Positions 1 through 15,660 of a DNA stretch of 64,000 nucleotides are shown here, piece after piece. The stretch covers positions 292,764,001 to 292,828,000 of the forward strand of contig OZ024742.1 in NCBI GenBank assembly GCA_964016885.1, written 5' to 3'. The number at the start of each line of letters is the position of its first letter. The first letter of the stretch is position 1. This stretch comes from Eledone cirrhosa (taxonomy: Eukaryota). The notes below the pieces were generated by a model that was not told the origin of the DNA, did not search any database, and saw only the letters and a list, made by a program, of their open reading frames with translations. The position numbers and the translations under genes were made by a program.

Positions 1-3000
1 ATATATCTAGTCATAAACACAACTATATTACTGAGTCACGGTGATACCTTAATAGATATATCTAGTCATAAACACAACTATATTACTGAGTCAAGGTGAT
101 AGCTTAATAGATATATCTGGTCATAAACACAACTATACTTAGTCAAGGTGATAGCTTAATAGATATATCTGGTCATAAACACAACTATACTGAGTCAAGG
201 TGATAGCTTAATAGATATATCTAGTCATAAACACAACTATATTACTGAGTCAAGGTGATAGCTTAATAGATATATCTAGTCATAAACACAACTATACTGA
301 GTCAAGGTGATAGCTTAATAGATATATCTGGTCATAAACACAACTATACCGAGTTAAGGTGAAAGCTTAATAGATATATCTGGTCATAAACACAACTATA
401 CTGAGTCAAGGTGATAGCTTAATAGATATATCTAGTCATAAACACAACTATACTGAGTCAAGGTGATAGCTTAATAGATATATCTAGTCATAAACACAAC
501 TATATTACTGAGTCAAGGTGATAGCTTAATAGATATATGTAGTCATAAACACAACTATATTACTGAGTCAAGGTGATAGCTTAATAGATATATCTAGTCA
601 TAAACACAACTATACTGAGTCAAGGTGATAGCTTAATAGATATATCTGGTCATATACACAACTATATTACTGAGTCAAGGTGATAGCTTAATAGATATAT
701 CTAGTCATAAACACAACTATATTACTGTCAAGGTGATAGCTTAATAGATATATCTAGTCATAAACACAACTATATTACTGAGTCAAGGTGATAGCTTAAT
801 AGATATATCTAGTCATAAACACGACTATATTACTGAGTCAAGGTGATAGCTTAATAGATATATCTGGTCATAAACACAACTATACTGAGTCAAGGTGATA
901 GCTTAATAGATATATCTGGTTATAAACACAACTATACTGAGTCAAGGTGATAGCTTAATAGATATATCTAGTCATAAACACAACTACATTACTGAGTCAA
1001 GGTGATAGCTTAATAGATATATCTAGTCATAAACACAACTATATGACAGAGTCAAGGTGATAGCTTAATAGATATATCTAGTCATAAACACAACTATATT
1101 ACTGAGCCAAGGTGATAGCTTAATAGATATATCTAGTCATAAACACAACTATATTACAGAGTCAAGGTGATAGCTTAATAGATATATCTAGTCATAAACA
1201 CAACTATATTACTGAGTCAAGGTGATACCTTAATAGATATATCTAGTCATAAACACAACTATATTACTGAGTCAAGGTGATAGCTTAATAGATATATCTG
1301 GTCATAAACACAACTATACTTAGTCAAGGTGATAGCTTAATAGATATATTTGGTCATAAACACAACTATACTGAGTCAAGGTGATAGCTTAATAGATATA
1401 TCTAGTCATAACACAACTATATTACTGAGTCAAGGTGATAGCTTAATAGATATATCTAGTCATAAACACAACTATATTACTGAGTCAAGGTGATAGCTTA
1501 ATAGATATATCTAGTCATAAACACAACTATACTGAGTCAAGGTGATAGCTTAATAGATATATCTGGTCATAAACACAACTCTACCGAGTTAAGGTGATAG
1601 CTTAATAGATATATCTGGTCATAAACACAACTATACTGAGTCAAGGTGATAGCTTAATAGATATATCTAGTCATAAACACAACTATACTGAGTCAAGGTG
1701 ATAGCTTAATAGATATATCTAGTCATAAACACAACTATATAACTGAGTCAAGGTGATAGCTTAATAGATATATCTAGTCATAAACACAACTATATTACTG
1801 AGTCAAGGTGATAGCTTAATAGATATATCTGGTCATAAACACAACTATACTATGTCAAGGTGATAGCTTAAAAGATATATCTAGTCATAAACACAACTAT
1901 ATTACTGAGTCAAAGTGATAGCTTAATAGATATATCTAGTCATAAACACAACTATATTACTGAGTCAAGGTGATAGCTTAATAGATATATCTAGTCATAA
2001 ACACAACTATACTGAGTCAAGGTGATAGCTTAATAGATATATCTGGTCATAAACACAACTATACTGAGTCAAGGTGATAGCTTAATAGATATATCTAGTC
2101 ATAAACACAACTATATTACTGAGTCAAGGTGATAGCTTAATAGATATATCTAGTCATAAACACAACTATATTACTGAGTCAAGGTGATAGCTTAATAGAT
2201 ATATCTGGTCGTAAACACAACTATACTGAGTCAAGGTGATAGCTTAATAGATATGTCTGGTTATAAACACAACTATACTGAGTCAAGGTGATAGCTTAAT
2301 AGATATATCTAGTCATAAACACAACTATATTACTGAGTCAAGGTGATAGCTTAATAGATATATCTAGTCATAAACACAACTATATTACTGAGTCAAGGTG
2401 ATAGCTGAATAGATATATCTAGTCATAAACACAACTATATTACTGAGGCAAGGTGATAGCTTAATAGATATATCTAGTCATAAACACAACTATACTGAGT
2501 CAAGGTGATAACTTAATAGATATATCTGGTCATAAACACAACTATACTGAGTCAAGGTGATAGCTTAATAGATATATCTAGTCATAAACACAACTATATT
2601 ACTGAGTCAAGGTGATAGCTTAATAGATATATCTGGTCATAAACAGAACTATACCGAGTTAAGGTGATAGCTTAATAGATATTTCTGGTCATAAACACAA
2701 CTATACTGAGTCAAGGTGATAGCTTAATAGATATATCTGGTCATAAACACAACTCTACTGAGTCAAGGTGATAGCTTAATAGATATATCTAGTCATAAAC
2801 ACAACTATATAACTGAGTCAAGGTGATAGCTTAATAGATATATCTAGTCAAAACACAACTATACGGAGTCAAGGTGATAGCTTAATAGATATATCTGGTC
2901 ATAAACACAACTATACTGAGTCAAGGTGATAGCTTAATAGATATATCTAGTCATAAACACAACTATACTGAGTCAAGGTGATAGCTTAATAGATATATCT

Positions 3001-6000
3001 AGTCATAAACACAACTATATAACTGAGTCAAGGTGATAGCTTAATAGATATATCTAGTCATAAACACAACTATATTACTGAGCCAAGGTGATAGCTTAAT
3101 AGATATATCTGGTCATAAACACAACTATACTGTGTCAAGGTGATAGCTTAATAGATATAGCTAGTCATAAACACAACTATATTACTGAGTCAAGGTGATA
3201 GCTTAATAGATATATGTAGTCATAAACACAACTATATTACTGAGTCAAGGTGATAGCTTAATAGATATATCTAGTCATAAACACAACTATACTGAGTCAA
3301 GGTGATAGCTTAATAGATATATCTGGTCATAAACACAACTATATTACTGAGTCAAGGTGATAGCTTAATAGATATATCTAGTCATAAACACAACTATATT
3401 ACTGAGTCAAGGTGATAGCTTAATAGATATATCTAGTCATAAACACAACTATATTACTGAGTCAAGGTGATAGCTTAATAGATATATCTAGTCATAAACA
3501 CAACTATATTACTGAGTCAAGGTGATAGCTTAATAGATATATCTGGTCATAAACACAACTATACTGAGTCAAGGTGATAGCTTAATAGATATATCTGGTT
3601 ATAAACACAACTATATTACTGAGTCAAGGTGATAGCTTAATAGATATATCTAGTCAGAAACACAACTATATAACTGAGTCAAGGTGATAGCTTAATAGAT
3701 ATATCTAGTCATAAACACAACTATATTACTGAGTCAAGGTGATAGCTTAATAGATATATCTAGTCATAAACACAACTATACTGAGTCAAGGTGATAGCTT
3801 AATAGATATATCTGGTCATAACCACAACTATACCGAGTTAAGGTGATAGCTTAATAGATATATCTGATCATAAACACAACTATACTGAGTCAAGGTGATA
3901 GCTTAATAGATATATCTAGTCATAAACACAACTATACTGAGTCAAGGTGATAGCTTAATAGATATATCTAGTCATAAACACAACTATATAACTGAGTCAA
4001 GGTGATAGCTTAATAGATATATCTAGTCATAAACACAACTATATTACTGAGTCAAGGTGATAGCTTAATAGATATATCTGGTCATAAACACAACTATACT
4101 GTGTCAAGGTGATAGCTTAATAGATATAGCTAGTCATAAACACAACTATATTACTGAATCAAGGTGATAGCTTAATAGATATATCTAGTCATAAACACAA
4201 CTATATAACTGAGTCAAGGTGATAGCTTAATAGATATATCTAGTCATAAACACAACTATATTACTGAGTCAAGGTGATAGCTTAATAGATATATGTAGTC
4301 ATAAACACAACTATACTGAGTCAAGGTGATAGCTTAATAGATATATCTGGTCATAAACACAACTATACCGAGTTAAGGTGATAGCTTAATAGATATATCT
4401 GGTCATAAACACAACTATACTGAGTCAAGGTGATAGCTTAATAGATATATCTAGTCATAAACACAACTATATTACTGAGTCAAGGTGATAGCTTAATAGA
4501 TATATCTAGTCATAAACACAACTATATTACTGAGTCAAGGTGATACCTTAATAGATATATCTAGTCATAAACACAACTATATTACTGAGTCAAGGTGATA
4601 GCTTAATAGATATATCTGGTCATAAACACAACTATACTTAGTCAAGGTGATAGCTTAATAGATATATCTGGTCATAAACACAACTATACTGAGTCAAGGT
4701 GATAGCTTAATAGATATATCTAGTCATAAACACAACTATATTACTGAGTCAAGGTGATAGCTTAATAGATATATCTAGTCATAAACACAACTATATTACT
4801 GAGTCAAGGTGATAGCTTAATAGATATATCTAGTCATAAACACAACTATATTACTGAGTCAAGGTGATAGCTTAATAGATATATCTGGTCATAAACACAA
4901 CTATACTGAGTCAAGGTGATAGCTTAATAGATATATCTGGTGATAAACACAACTATACCGAGTTCAGGTGATAGCTTAATAGATATATCTGGTTATAAAC
5001 ACAACTATATTACTGAGTCAAGGTGATAGCTTAATAGATATATCTAGTCATAAACACAACTATATTACTGAGTCAAGGTGATAGCTTAATAGATATATCT
5101 GGTCATAAACACAACTATACTGAGTCAAGGTGATAGCTTAATAGATATATCTGGTTATAAACACAACTATACTGAGTCAAGGTGATAGCTTAATAGATAT
5201 ATCTAGTCATAAACACAACTATATTACTGAGTCAAGGTGATAGCTTAATAGATATATCTAGTCATAAACACAACTATATTACAGAGTCAAGGTGATAGCT
5301 TAATAGATATATCTAGTCATAAACACAACTATATTACTGAGTCAAGGTGATAGCTTAATAGATATATCTAGTCATAAACACAACTATATTACTGAGTCAC
5401 GGTGATACCTTAATAGATATATCTAGTCATAAACACAACTATATTACTGAGTCAAGGTGATAGCTTAATAGATATATCTGGTCATAAACACAACTATACT
5501 TAGTCAAGGTGATAGCTTAATAGATATATCTGGTCATAAACACAACTATACTGAGTCAAGGTGATAGCTTAATAGATATATCTAGTCATAAACACAACTA
5601 TATTACTGAGTCAAGGTGATAGCTTAATAGATATATCTAGTCATAAACACAACTATACTGAGTCAAGGTGATAGCTTAATAGATATATCTGGTCATAAAC
5701 ACAACTATACCGAGTTAAGGTGAAAGCTTAATAGATATATCTGGTCATAAACACAACTATACTGAGTCAAGGTGATAGCTTAATAGATATATCTAGTCAT
5801 AAACACAACTATACTGAGTCAAGGTGATAGCTTAATAGATATATCTAGTCATAAACACAACTATATTACTGAGTCAAGGTGATAGCTTAATAGATATATG
5901 TAGTCATAAACACAACTATATTACTGAGTCAAGGTGATAGCTTAATAGATATATCTAGTCATAAACACAACTATACTGAGTCAAGGTGATAGCTTAATAG

Positions 6001-8257
6001 ATATATCTGGTCATATACACAACTATATTACTGAGTCAAGGTGATAGCTTAATAGATATATCTAGTCATAAACACAACTATATTACTGTCAAGGTGATAG
6101 CTTAATAGATATATCTAGTCATAAACACAACTATATTACTGAGTCAAGGTGATAGCTTAATAGATATATCTAGTCATAAACACGACTATATTACTGAGTC
6201 AAGGTGATAGCTTAATAGATATATCTGGTCATAAACACAACTATACTGAGTCAAGGTGATAGCTTAATAGATATATCTGGTTATAAACACAACTATACTG
6301 AGTCAAGGTGATAGCTTAATAGATATATCTAGTCATAAACACAACTACATTACTGAGTCAAGGTGATAGCTTAATAGATATATCTAGTCATAAACACAAC
6401 TATATGACAGAGTCAAGGTGATAGCTTAATAGATATATCTAGTCATAAACACAACTATATTACTGAGCCAAGGTGATAGCTTAATAGATATATCTAGTCA
6501 TAAACACAACTATATTACAGAGTCAAGGTGATAGCTTAATAGATATATCTAGTCATAAACACAACTATATTACTGAGTCAAGGTGATACCTTAATAGATA
6601 TATCTAGTCATAAACACAACTATATTACTGAGTCAAGGTGATAGCTTAATAGATATATCTGGTCATAAACACAACTATACTTAGTCAAGGTGATAGCTTA
6701 ATAGATATATTTGGTCATAAACACAACTATACTGAGTCAAGGTGATAGCTTAATAGATATATCTAGTCATAACACAACTATATTACTGAGTCAAGGTGAT
6801 AGCTTAATAGATATATCTAGTCATAAACACAACTATATTACTGAGTCAAGGTGATAGCTTAATAGATATATCTAGTCATAAACACAACTATACTGAGTCA
6901 AGGTGATAGCTTAATAGATATATCTGGTCATAAACACAACTCTACCGAGTTAAGGTGATAGCTTAATAGATATATCTGGTCATAAACACAACTATACTGA
7001 GTCAAGGTGATAGCTTAATAGATATATCTAGTCATAAACACAACTATACTGAGTCAAGGTGATAGCTTAATAGATATATCTAGTCATAAACACAACTATA
7101 TAACTGAGTCAAGGTGATAGCTTAATAGATATATCTAGTCATAAACACAACTATATTACTGAGTCAAGGTGATAGCTTAATAGATATATCTGGTCATAAA
7201 CACAACTATACTATGTCAAGGTGATAGCTTAAAAGATATATCTAGTCATAAACACAACTATATTACTGAGTCAAAGTGATAGCTTAATAGATATATCTAG
7301 TCATAAACACAACTATATTACTGAGTCAAGGTGATAGCTTAATAGATATATCTAGTCATAAACACAACTATACTGAGTCAAGGTGATAGCTTAATAGATA
7401 TATCTGGTCATAAACACAACTATACTGAGTCAAGGTGATAGCTTAATAGATATATCTAGTCATAAACACAACTATATTACTGAGTCAAGGTGATAGCTTA
7501 ATAGATATATCTAGTCATAAACACAACTATATTACTGAGTCAAGGTGATAGCTTAATAGATATATCTGGTCGTAAACACAACTATACTGAGTCAAGGTGA
7601 TAGCTTAATAGATATGTCTGGTTATAAACACAACTATACTGAGTCAAGGTGATAGCTTAATAGATATATCTAGTCATAAACACAACTATATTACTGAGTC
7701 AAGGTGATAGCTTAATAGATATATCTAGTCATAAACACAACTATATTACTGAGTCAAGGTGATAGCTGAATAGATATATCTAGTCATAAACACAACTATA
7801 TTACTGAGGCAAGGTGATAGCTTAATAGATATATCTAGTCATAAACACAACTATACTGAGTCAAGGTGATAACTTAATAGATATATCTGGTCATAAACAC
7901 AACTATACTGAGTCAAGGTGATAGCTTAATAGATATATCTAGTCATAAACACAACTATATTACTGAGTCAAGGTGATAGCTTAATAGATATATCTGGTCA
8001 TAAACAGAACTATACCGAGTTAAGGTGATAGCTTAATAGATATTTCTGGTCATAAACACAACTATACTGAGTCAAGGTGATAGCTTAATAGATATATCTG
8101 GTCATAAACACAACTCTACTGAGTCAAGGTGATAGCTTAATAGATATATCTAGTCATAAACACAACTATATAACTGAGTCAAGGTGATAGCTTAATAGAT
8201 ATATCTAGTCAAAACACAACTATACGGAGTCAAGGTGATAGCTTAATAGATATATCT
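1..8257 (+). repeat. Block duplication: 1-~2896 repeated at 5362-~8257 (offset 5361 bp)
   Basis: Rare variants recur at the same offset: GTCACGGTGATACC (C at 39 and 5400), GTGAAAGC (361/5722), ATATGTAG (539/5900), TATGTC..TTAAAAG (1851/7212), TACGGAG (2864/8225). Confidence 0.93.
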
Positions 8258-11200
8258 AGTCATAAACACAACTATACTGAGTCAAGGTGATAGCTTTATA
8301 GATATATCTAGTCATAAACACAACTATATAACTGAGTCAAGGTGATAGCTTAATAGATATATCTAGTCATAAACACAACTATATTACTGAGTCAAGGTGA
8401 TAGCTTAATAGATATATCTGGTCATAAACACAACTAAACTGTGTCAAGGTGATAGTTTAATAGATATATCTAGTCATAAACACAACTATATTACTGAGTC
8501 AAGGTGATAGCTTAATAGATATATCTAGTCATAAACACAACTATATTACTGAGTCAAGGTGATAGCTTAATAGATATATCTGGTCATAAACACAACTCTA
8601 CTGAGTCAAGGTGATAGCTTAATAGATGTATCTAGTCATAAACACAACTATATATCTGAGTCAAGGTGATAGCTTAATAGATATATCTAGTCATAAACAC
8701 AACTATACTGAGTCAAGGTGATAGCTTAATAGATATATCTGGTCATAAACACAACTATACTGAGTCAAGGTGATAGCTTAATAGATATATCTAGTCATAA
8801 ACACAACTATATTACTGACTCAAGGTGATAGCTTAATAGATATATCTAGTCATAGACACAACTATATTACTGAGTCAAGGTGATAGCTTAATAGATATAT
8901 CTAGTCATAAATACAACTATATTACTGATTCAAGGTGATAGCTTAATAGATATATCTAGTCATAAACACAACTATATTACTGAGTCAAGGTGATAGCTTA
9001 ATAGATATATCTAGTCATAAATACAACTATATTACTGAGTCAAGGTGATAGCTTAATAGATATATCTAGTGATAAACACAACTATACTGAGTCAAGGTGA
9101 TAGCTTAATAGATATATCTAGTCATAAACACAACTATATTACTGAGTCAAGGTGATAGCTTAATAGATATATCTGGTCATAAACACAACTATACTGAGTC
9201 AAGGTGATAGCTTAATAGATATATCTAGTCATAAACACAACTATATTACTGAGTCAAGGTGATAGCTTAATAGATATATCTAGTCATAAACACAACTATA
9301 TTACTGAGTCAAGGTGATAGCTTAATAGATATATCTAGTCATAAACACAACTATATTACTGATTCAAGGTGATAGCTTAATAGATATATCTAGTCATAAA
9401 CACAACTATATTACTGAGTCAAGGTGATAGCTTAATAGATATATCTGGTCATAAACACAACTCTACTGAGTCAAGGTGATAGCTTAATAGATGTATCTAG
9501 TCATAAACACAACTATATATCTGAGTCACGGTGATAGATTAATAGATATATCTAGTCATAAACACAACTATACTGAGTCAAGGTGATAGCTTAATAGATA
9601 TATCTGGTCATAAACACAACTATACTGAGTCAAGGTGATAGCTTAATAGATATATCTGGTCATAAACACAACTATACTGTGTCAAGGTGATAGCTTAATA
9701 GATAAATCTAGTCATAAACACAACTATATTACTGAGTCAAGGTGATAGCTTAATAGATATATCTAGTCATAAACACAACTATATTACTGAGTCAAGGTGT
9801 TAGCTTAATAGATATATCTAGTCATAAACACAACTATACTGAGTCAAGGTGATAGCTTAATAGATATATCTAGTCATAAACACAACTATATTACTGAGTC
9901 AAGGTGATAGCTTAATAGATATATCTAGTCATAAACACAACTATATAACTGAGTCAAGGTGATAGCTTAATAGATATATGTAGTCATAAACACAACTATA
10001 TTACTGAGTCAAGGTGATAGCTTAATAGATATATCTGGTCATAAACACAACTATACTGAGTCAAGGTGATAGCTTAATAGATATATCTAGTCATAAACAC
10101 AACTATATTACTGATTCAAGGTGATAGCTTAATAGATATATCTAGTCATAAACACAACTATATTACTGAGTCAAGGTGATAGCTTAATAGATATATCTAG
10201 TCATAAACACAACTATACTGAGTCAACGTGATAGCTTAATAGATATATCTAGTCATAAACACAACTATATTACAGAGTCAAGGTGATAGCTTAATAGATA
10301 TATCTAGTCATAAACACAACTATATTACTGAGTCAAGGTGATACCTTAATAGATATATCTAGTCATAAACACAACTATATTACTGAGTCAAGGTGATAGC
10401 TTAATAGATATATCTGGTCATAAACACAACTATACTTAGTCAAGGTGATAGCTTAATAGATATATTTGGTCATAAACACAACTATACTGAGTCAAGGTGA
10501 TAGCTTAATAGATATATCTAGTCATAACACAACTATATTACTGAGTCAAGGTGATAGCTTAATAGATATATCTAGTCATAAACACAACTATATTACTGAG
10601 TCAAGGTGATAGCTTAATAGATATATCTAGTCATAAACACAACTATACTGAGTCAAGGTGATAGCTTAATAGATATATCTGGTCATAAACACAACTCTAC
10701 CGAGTTAAGGTGATAGCTTAATAGATATATCTAGTCATAAACACAACTATACTGAGTCAAGGTGATAGCTTAATAGATATATCTAGTCATAAACACAACT
10801 ATATTACTGAGTCAAGGTGATAGCTTAATAGATATATGTAGTCATAAACACAACTATATTACTGAGTCAAGGTGATAGCTTAATAGATATATCTAGTCAT
10901 AAACACAACTATACTGAGTCAAGGTGATAGCTTAATAGATATATCTGGTCATATACACAACTATATTACTGAGTCAAGGTGATAGCTTAATAGATATATC
11001 TAGTCATAAACACAACTATATTACTGTCAAGGTGATAGCTTAATAGATATATCTAGTCATAAACACAACTATATTACTGAGTCAAGGTGATAGCTTAATA
11101 GATATATCTAGTCATAAACACGACTATATTACTGAGTCAAGGTGATAGCTTAATAGATATATCTGGTCATAAACACAACTATACTGAGTCAAGGTGATAG

Positions 11201-14200
11201 CTTAATAGATATATCTGGTTATAAACACAACTATACTGAGTCAAGGTGATAGCTTAATAGATATATCTAGTCATAAACACAACTACATTACTGAGTCAAG
11301 GTGATAGCTTAATAGATATATCTAGTCATAAACACAACTATATGACAGAGTCAAGGTGATAGCTTAATAGATATATCTAGTCATAAACACAACTATATTA
11401 CTGAGCCAAGGTGATAGCTTAATAGATATATCTAGTCATAAACACAACTATATTACAGAGTCAAGGTGATAGCTTAATAGATATATCTAGTCATAAACAC
11501 AACTATATTACTGAGTCAAGGTGATACCTTAATAGATATATCTAGTCATAAACACAACTATATTACTGAGTCAAGGTGATAGCTTAATAGATATATCTGG
11601 TCATAAACACAACTATACTTAGTCAAGGTGATAGCTTAATAGATATATTTGGTCATAAACACAACTATACTGAGTCAAGGTGATAGCTTAATAGATATAT
11701 CTAGTCATAACACAACTATATTACTGAGTCAAGGTGATAGCTTAATAGATATATCTAGTCATAAACACAACTATATTACTGAGTCAAGGTGATAGCTTAA
11801 TAGATATATCTAGTCATAAACACAACTATACTGAGTCAAGGTGATAGCTTAATAGATATATCTGGTCATAAACACAACTCTACCGAGTTAAGGTGATAGC
11901 TTAATAGATATATCTGGTCATAAACACAACTATACTGAGTCAAGGTGATAGCTTAATAGATATATCTAGTCATAAACACAACTATACTGAGTCAAGGTGA
12001 TAGCTTAATAGATATATCTAGTCATAAACACAACTATATAACTGAGTCAAGGTGATAGCTTAATAGATATATCTAGTCATAAACACAACTATATTACTGA
12101 GTCAAGGTGATAGCTTAATAGATATATCTGGTCATAAACACAACTATACTATGTCAAGGTGATAGCTTAAAAGATATATCTAGTCATAAACACAACTATA
12201 TTACTGAGTCAAAGTGATAGCTTAATAGATATATCTAGTCATAAACACAACTATATTACTGAGTCAAGGTGATAGCTTAATAGATATATCTAGTCATAAA
12301 CACAACTATACTGAGTCAAGGTGATAGCTTAATAGATATATCTGGTCATAAACACAACTATACTGAGTCAAGGTGATAGCTTAATAGATATATCTAGTCA
12401 TAAACACAACTATATTACTGAGTCAAGGTGATAGCTTAATAGATATATCTAGTCATAAACACAACTATATTACTGAGTCAAGGTGATAGCTTAATAGATA
12501 TATCTGGTCGTAAACACAACTATACTGAGTCAAGGTGATAGCTTAATAGATATGTCTGGTTATAAACACAACTATACTGAGTCAAGGTGATAGCTTAATA
12601 GATATATCTAGTCATAAACACAACTATATTACTGAGTCAAGGTGATAGCTTAATAGATATATCTAGTCATAAACACAACTATATTACTGAGTCAAGGTGA
12701 TAGCTGAATAGATATATCTAGTCATAAACACAACTATATTACTGAGGCAAGGTGATAGCTTAATAGATATATCTAGTCATAAACACAACTATACTGAGTC
12801 AAGGTGATAACTTAATAGATATATCTGGTCATAAACACAACTATACTGAGTCAAGGTGATAGCTTAATAGATATATCTAGTCATAAACACAACTATATTA
12901 CTGAGTCAAGGTGATAGCTTAATAGATATATCTGGTCATAAACAGAACTATACCGAGTTAAGGTGATAGCTTAATAGATATTTCTGGTCATAAACACAAC
13001 TATACTGAGTCAAGGTGATAGCTTAATAGATATATCTGGTCATAAACACAACTCTACTGAGTCAAGGTGATAGCTTAATAGATATATCTAGTCATAAACA
13101 CAACTATATAACTGAGTCAAGGTGATAGCTTAATAGATATATCTAGTCAAAACACAACTATACGGAGTCAAGGTGATAGCTTAATAGATATATCTAGTCA
13201 TAAACACAACTATACTGAGTCAAGGTGATAGCTTTATAGATATATCTAGTCATAAACACAACTATATAACTGAGTCAAGGTGATAGCTTAATAGATATAT
13301 CTAGTCATAAACACAACTATATTACTGAGTCAAGGTGATAGCTTAATAGATATATCTGGTCATAAACACAACTAAACTGTGTCAAGGTGATAGTTTAATA
13401 GATATATCTAGTCATAAACACAACTATATTACTGAGTCAAGGTGATAGCTTAATAGATATATCTAGTCATAAACACAACTATATTACTGAGTCAAGGTGA
13501 TAGCTTAATAGATATATCTGGTCATAAACACAACTCTACTGAGTCAAGGTGATAGCTTAATAGATGTATCTAGTCATAAACACAACTATATATCTGAGTC
13601 AAGGTGATAGCTTAATAGATATATCTAGTCATAAACACAACTATACTGAGTCAAGGTGATAGCTTAATAGATATATCTGGTCATAAACACAACTATACTG
13701 AGTCAAGGTGATAGCTTAATAGATATATCTAGTCATAAACACAACTATATTACTGACTCAAGGTGATAGCTTAATAGATATATCTAGTCATAAACACAAC
13801 TATATTACTGAGTCAAGGTGATAGCTTAATAGATATATCTAGTCATAAATACAACTATATTACTGATTCAAGGTGATAGCTTAATAGATATATCTAGTCA
13901 TAAACACAACTATATTACTGAGTCAAGGTGATAGCTTAATAGATATATCTAGTCATAAATACAACTATATTACTGAGTCAAGGTGATAGCTTAATAGATA
14001 TATCTAGTGATAAACACAACTATACTGAGTCAAGGTGATAGCTTAATAGATATATCTAGTCATAAACACAACTATATTACTGAGTCAAGGTGATAGCTTA
14101 ATAGATATATCTGGTCATAAACACAACTATACTGAGTCAAGGTGATAGCTTAATAGATATATCTAGTCATAAACACAACTATATTACTGAGTCAAGGTGA

Positions 14201-15660
14201 TAGCTTAATAGATATATCTAGTCATAAACACAACTATATTACTGAGTCAAGGTGATAGCTTAATAGATATATCTAGTCATAAACACAACTATATTACTGA
14301 TTCAAGGTGATAGCTTAATAGATATATCTAGTCATAAACACAACTATATTACTGAGTCAAGGTGATAGCTTAATAGATATATCTGGTCATAAACACAACT
14401 CTACTGAGTCAAGGTGATAGCTTAATAGATGTATCTAGTCATAAACACAACTATATATCTGAGTCACGGTGATAGATTAATAGATATATCTAGTCATAAA
14501 CACAACTATACTGAGTCAAGGTGATAGCTTAATAGATATATCTGGTCATAAACACAACTATACTGAGTCAAGGTGATAGCTTAATAGATATATCGGTCAT
14601 AAACACAACTATACTGTGTCAAGGTGATAGCTTAATAGATAAATCTAGTCATAAACACAACTATATTACTGAGTCAAGGTGATAGCTTAATAGATATATC
14701 TAGTCATAAACACAACTATATTACTGAGTCAAGGTGTTAGCTTAATAGATATATCTAGTCATAAACACAACTATACTGAGTCAAGGTGATAGCTTAATAG
14801 ATATATCTAGTCATAAACACAACTATATTACTGAGTCAAGGTGATAGCTTAATAGATATATCTAGTCATAAACACAACTATATAACTGAGTCAAGGTGAT
14901 AGCTTAATAGATATATGTAGTCATAAACACAACTATATTACTGAGTCAAGGTGATAGCTTAATAGATATATCTGGTCATAAACACAACTATACTGAGTCA
15001 AGGTGATAGCTTAATAGATATATCTAGTCATAAACACAACTATATTACTGATTCAAGGTGATAGCTTAATAGATATATCTAGTCATAAACACAACTATAT
15101 TACTGAGTCAAGGTGATAGCTTAATAGATATATCTAGTCATAAACACAACTATACTGAGTCAACGTGATAGCTTAATAGATATATCTAGTCATAAACACA
15201 ACTATATTACAGAGTCAAGGTGATAGCTTAATAGATATATCTAGTCATAAACACAACTATATTACTGAGTCAAGGTGATACCTTAATAGATATATCTAGT
15301 CATAAACACAACTATATTACTGAGTCAAGGTGATAGCTTAATAGATATATCTGGTCATAAACACAACTATACTTAGTCAAGGTGATAGCTTAATAGATAT
15401 ATTTGGTCATAAACACAACTATACTGAGTCAAGGTGATAGCTTAATAGATATATCTAGTCATAACACAACTATATTACTGAGTCAAGGTGATAGCTTAAT
15501 AGATATATCTAGTCATAAACACAACTATATTACTGAGTCAAGGTGATAGCTTAATAGATATATCTAGTCATAAACACAACTATACTGAGTCAAGGTGATA
15601 GCTTAATAGATATATCTGGTCATAAACACAACTCTACCGAGTTAAGGTGATAGCTTAATA
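5780..15660 (+). repeat. Near-perfect tandem duplication of a ~4938-bp block (~5780-10720 and ~10720-15660)
   Basis: Markers ATATGTAG 5900/10838, TATGTC 7212/12150, TACGGAG 8225/13163 and GTCACGGTGATAGATT 9529/14467. The offset becomes 4937 after a 1-bp deletion near 14594 (CAACGTG 10227/15164). Confidence 0.93.
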
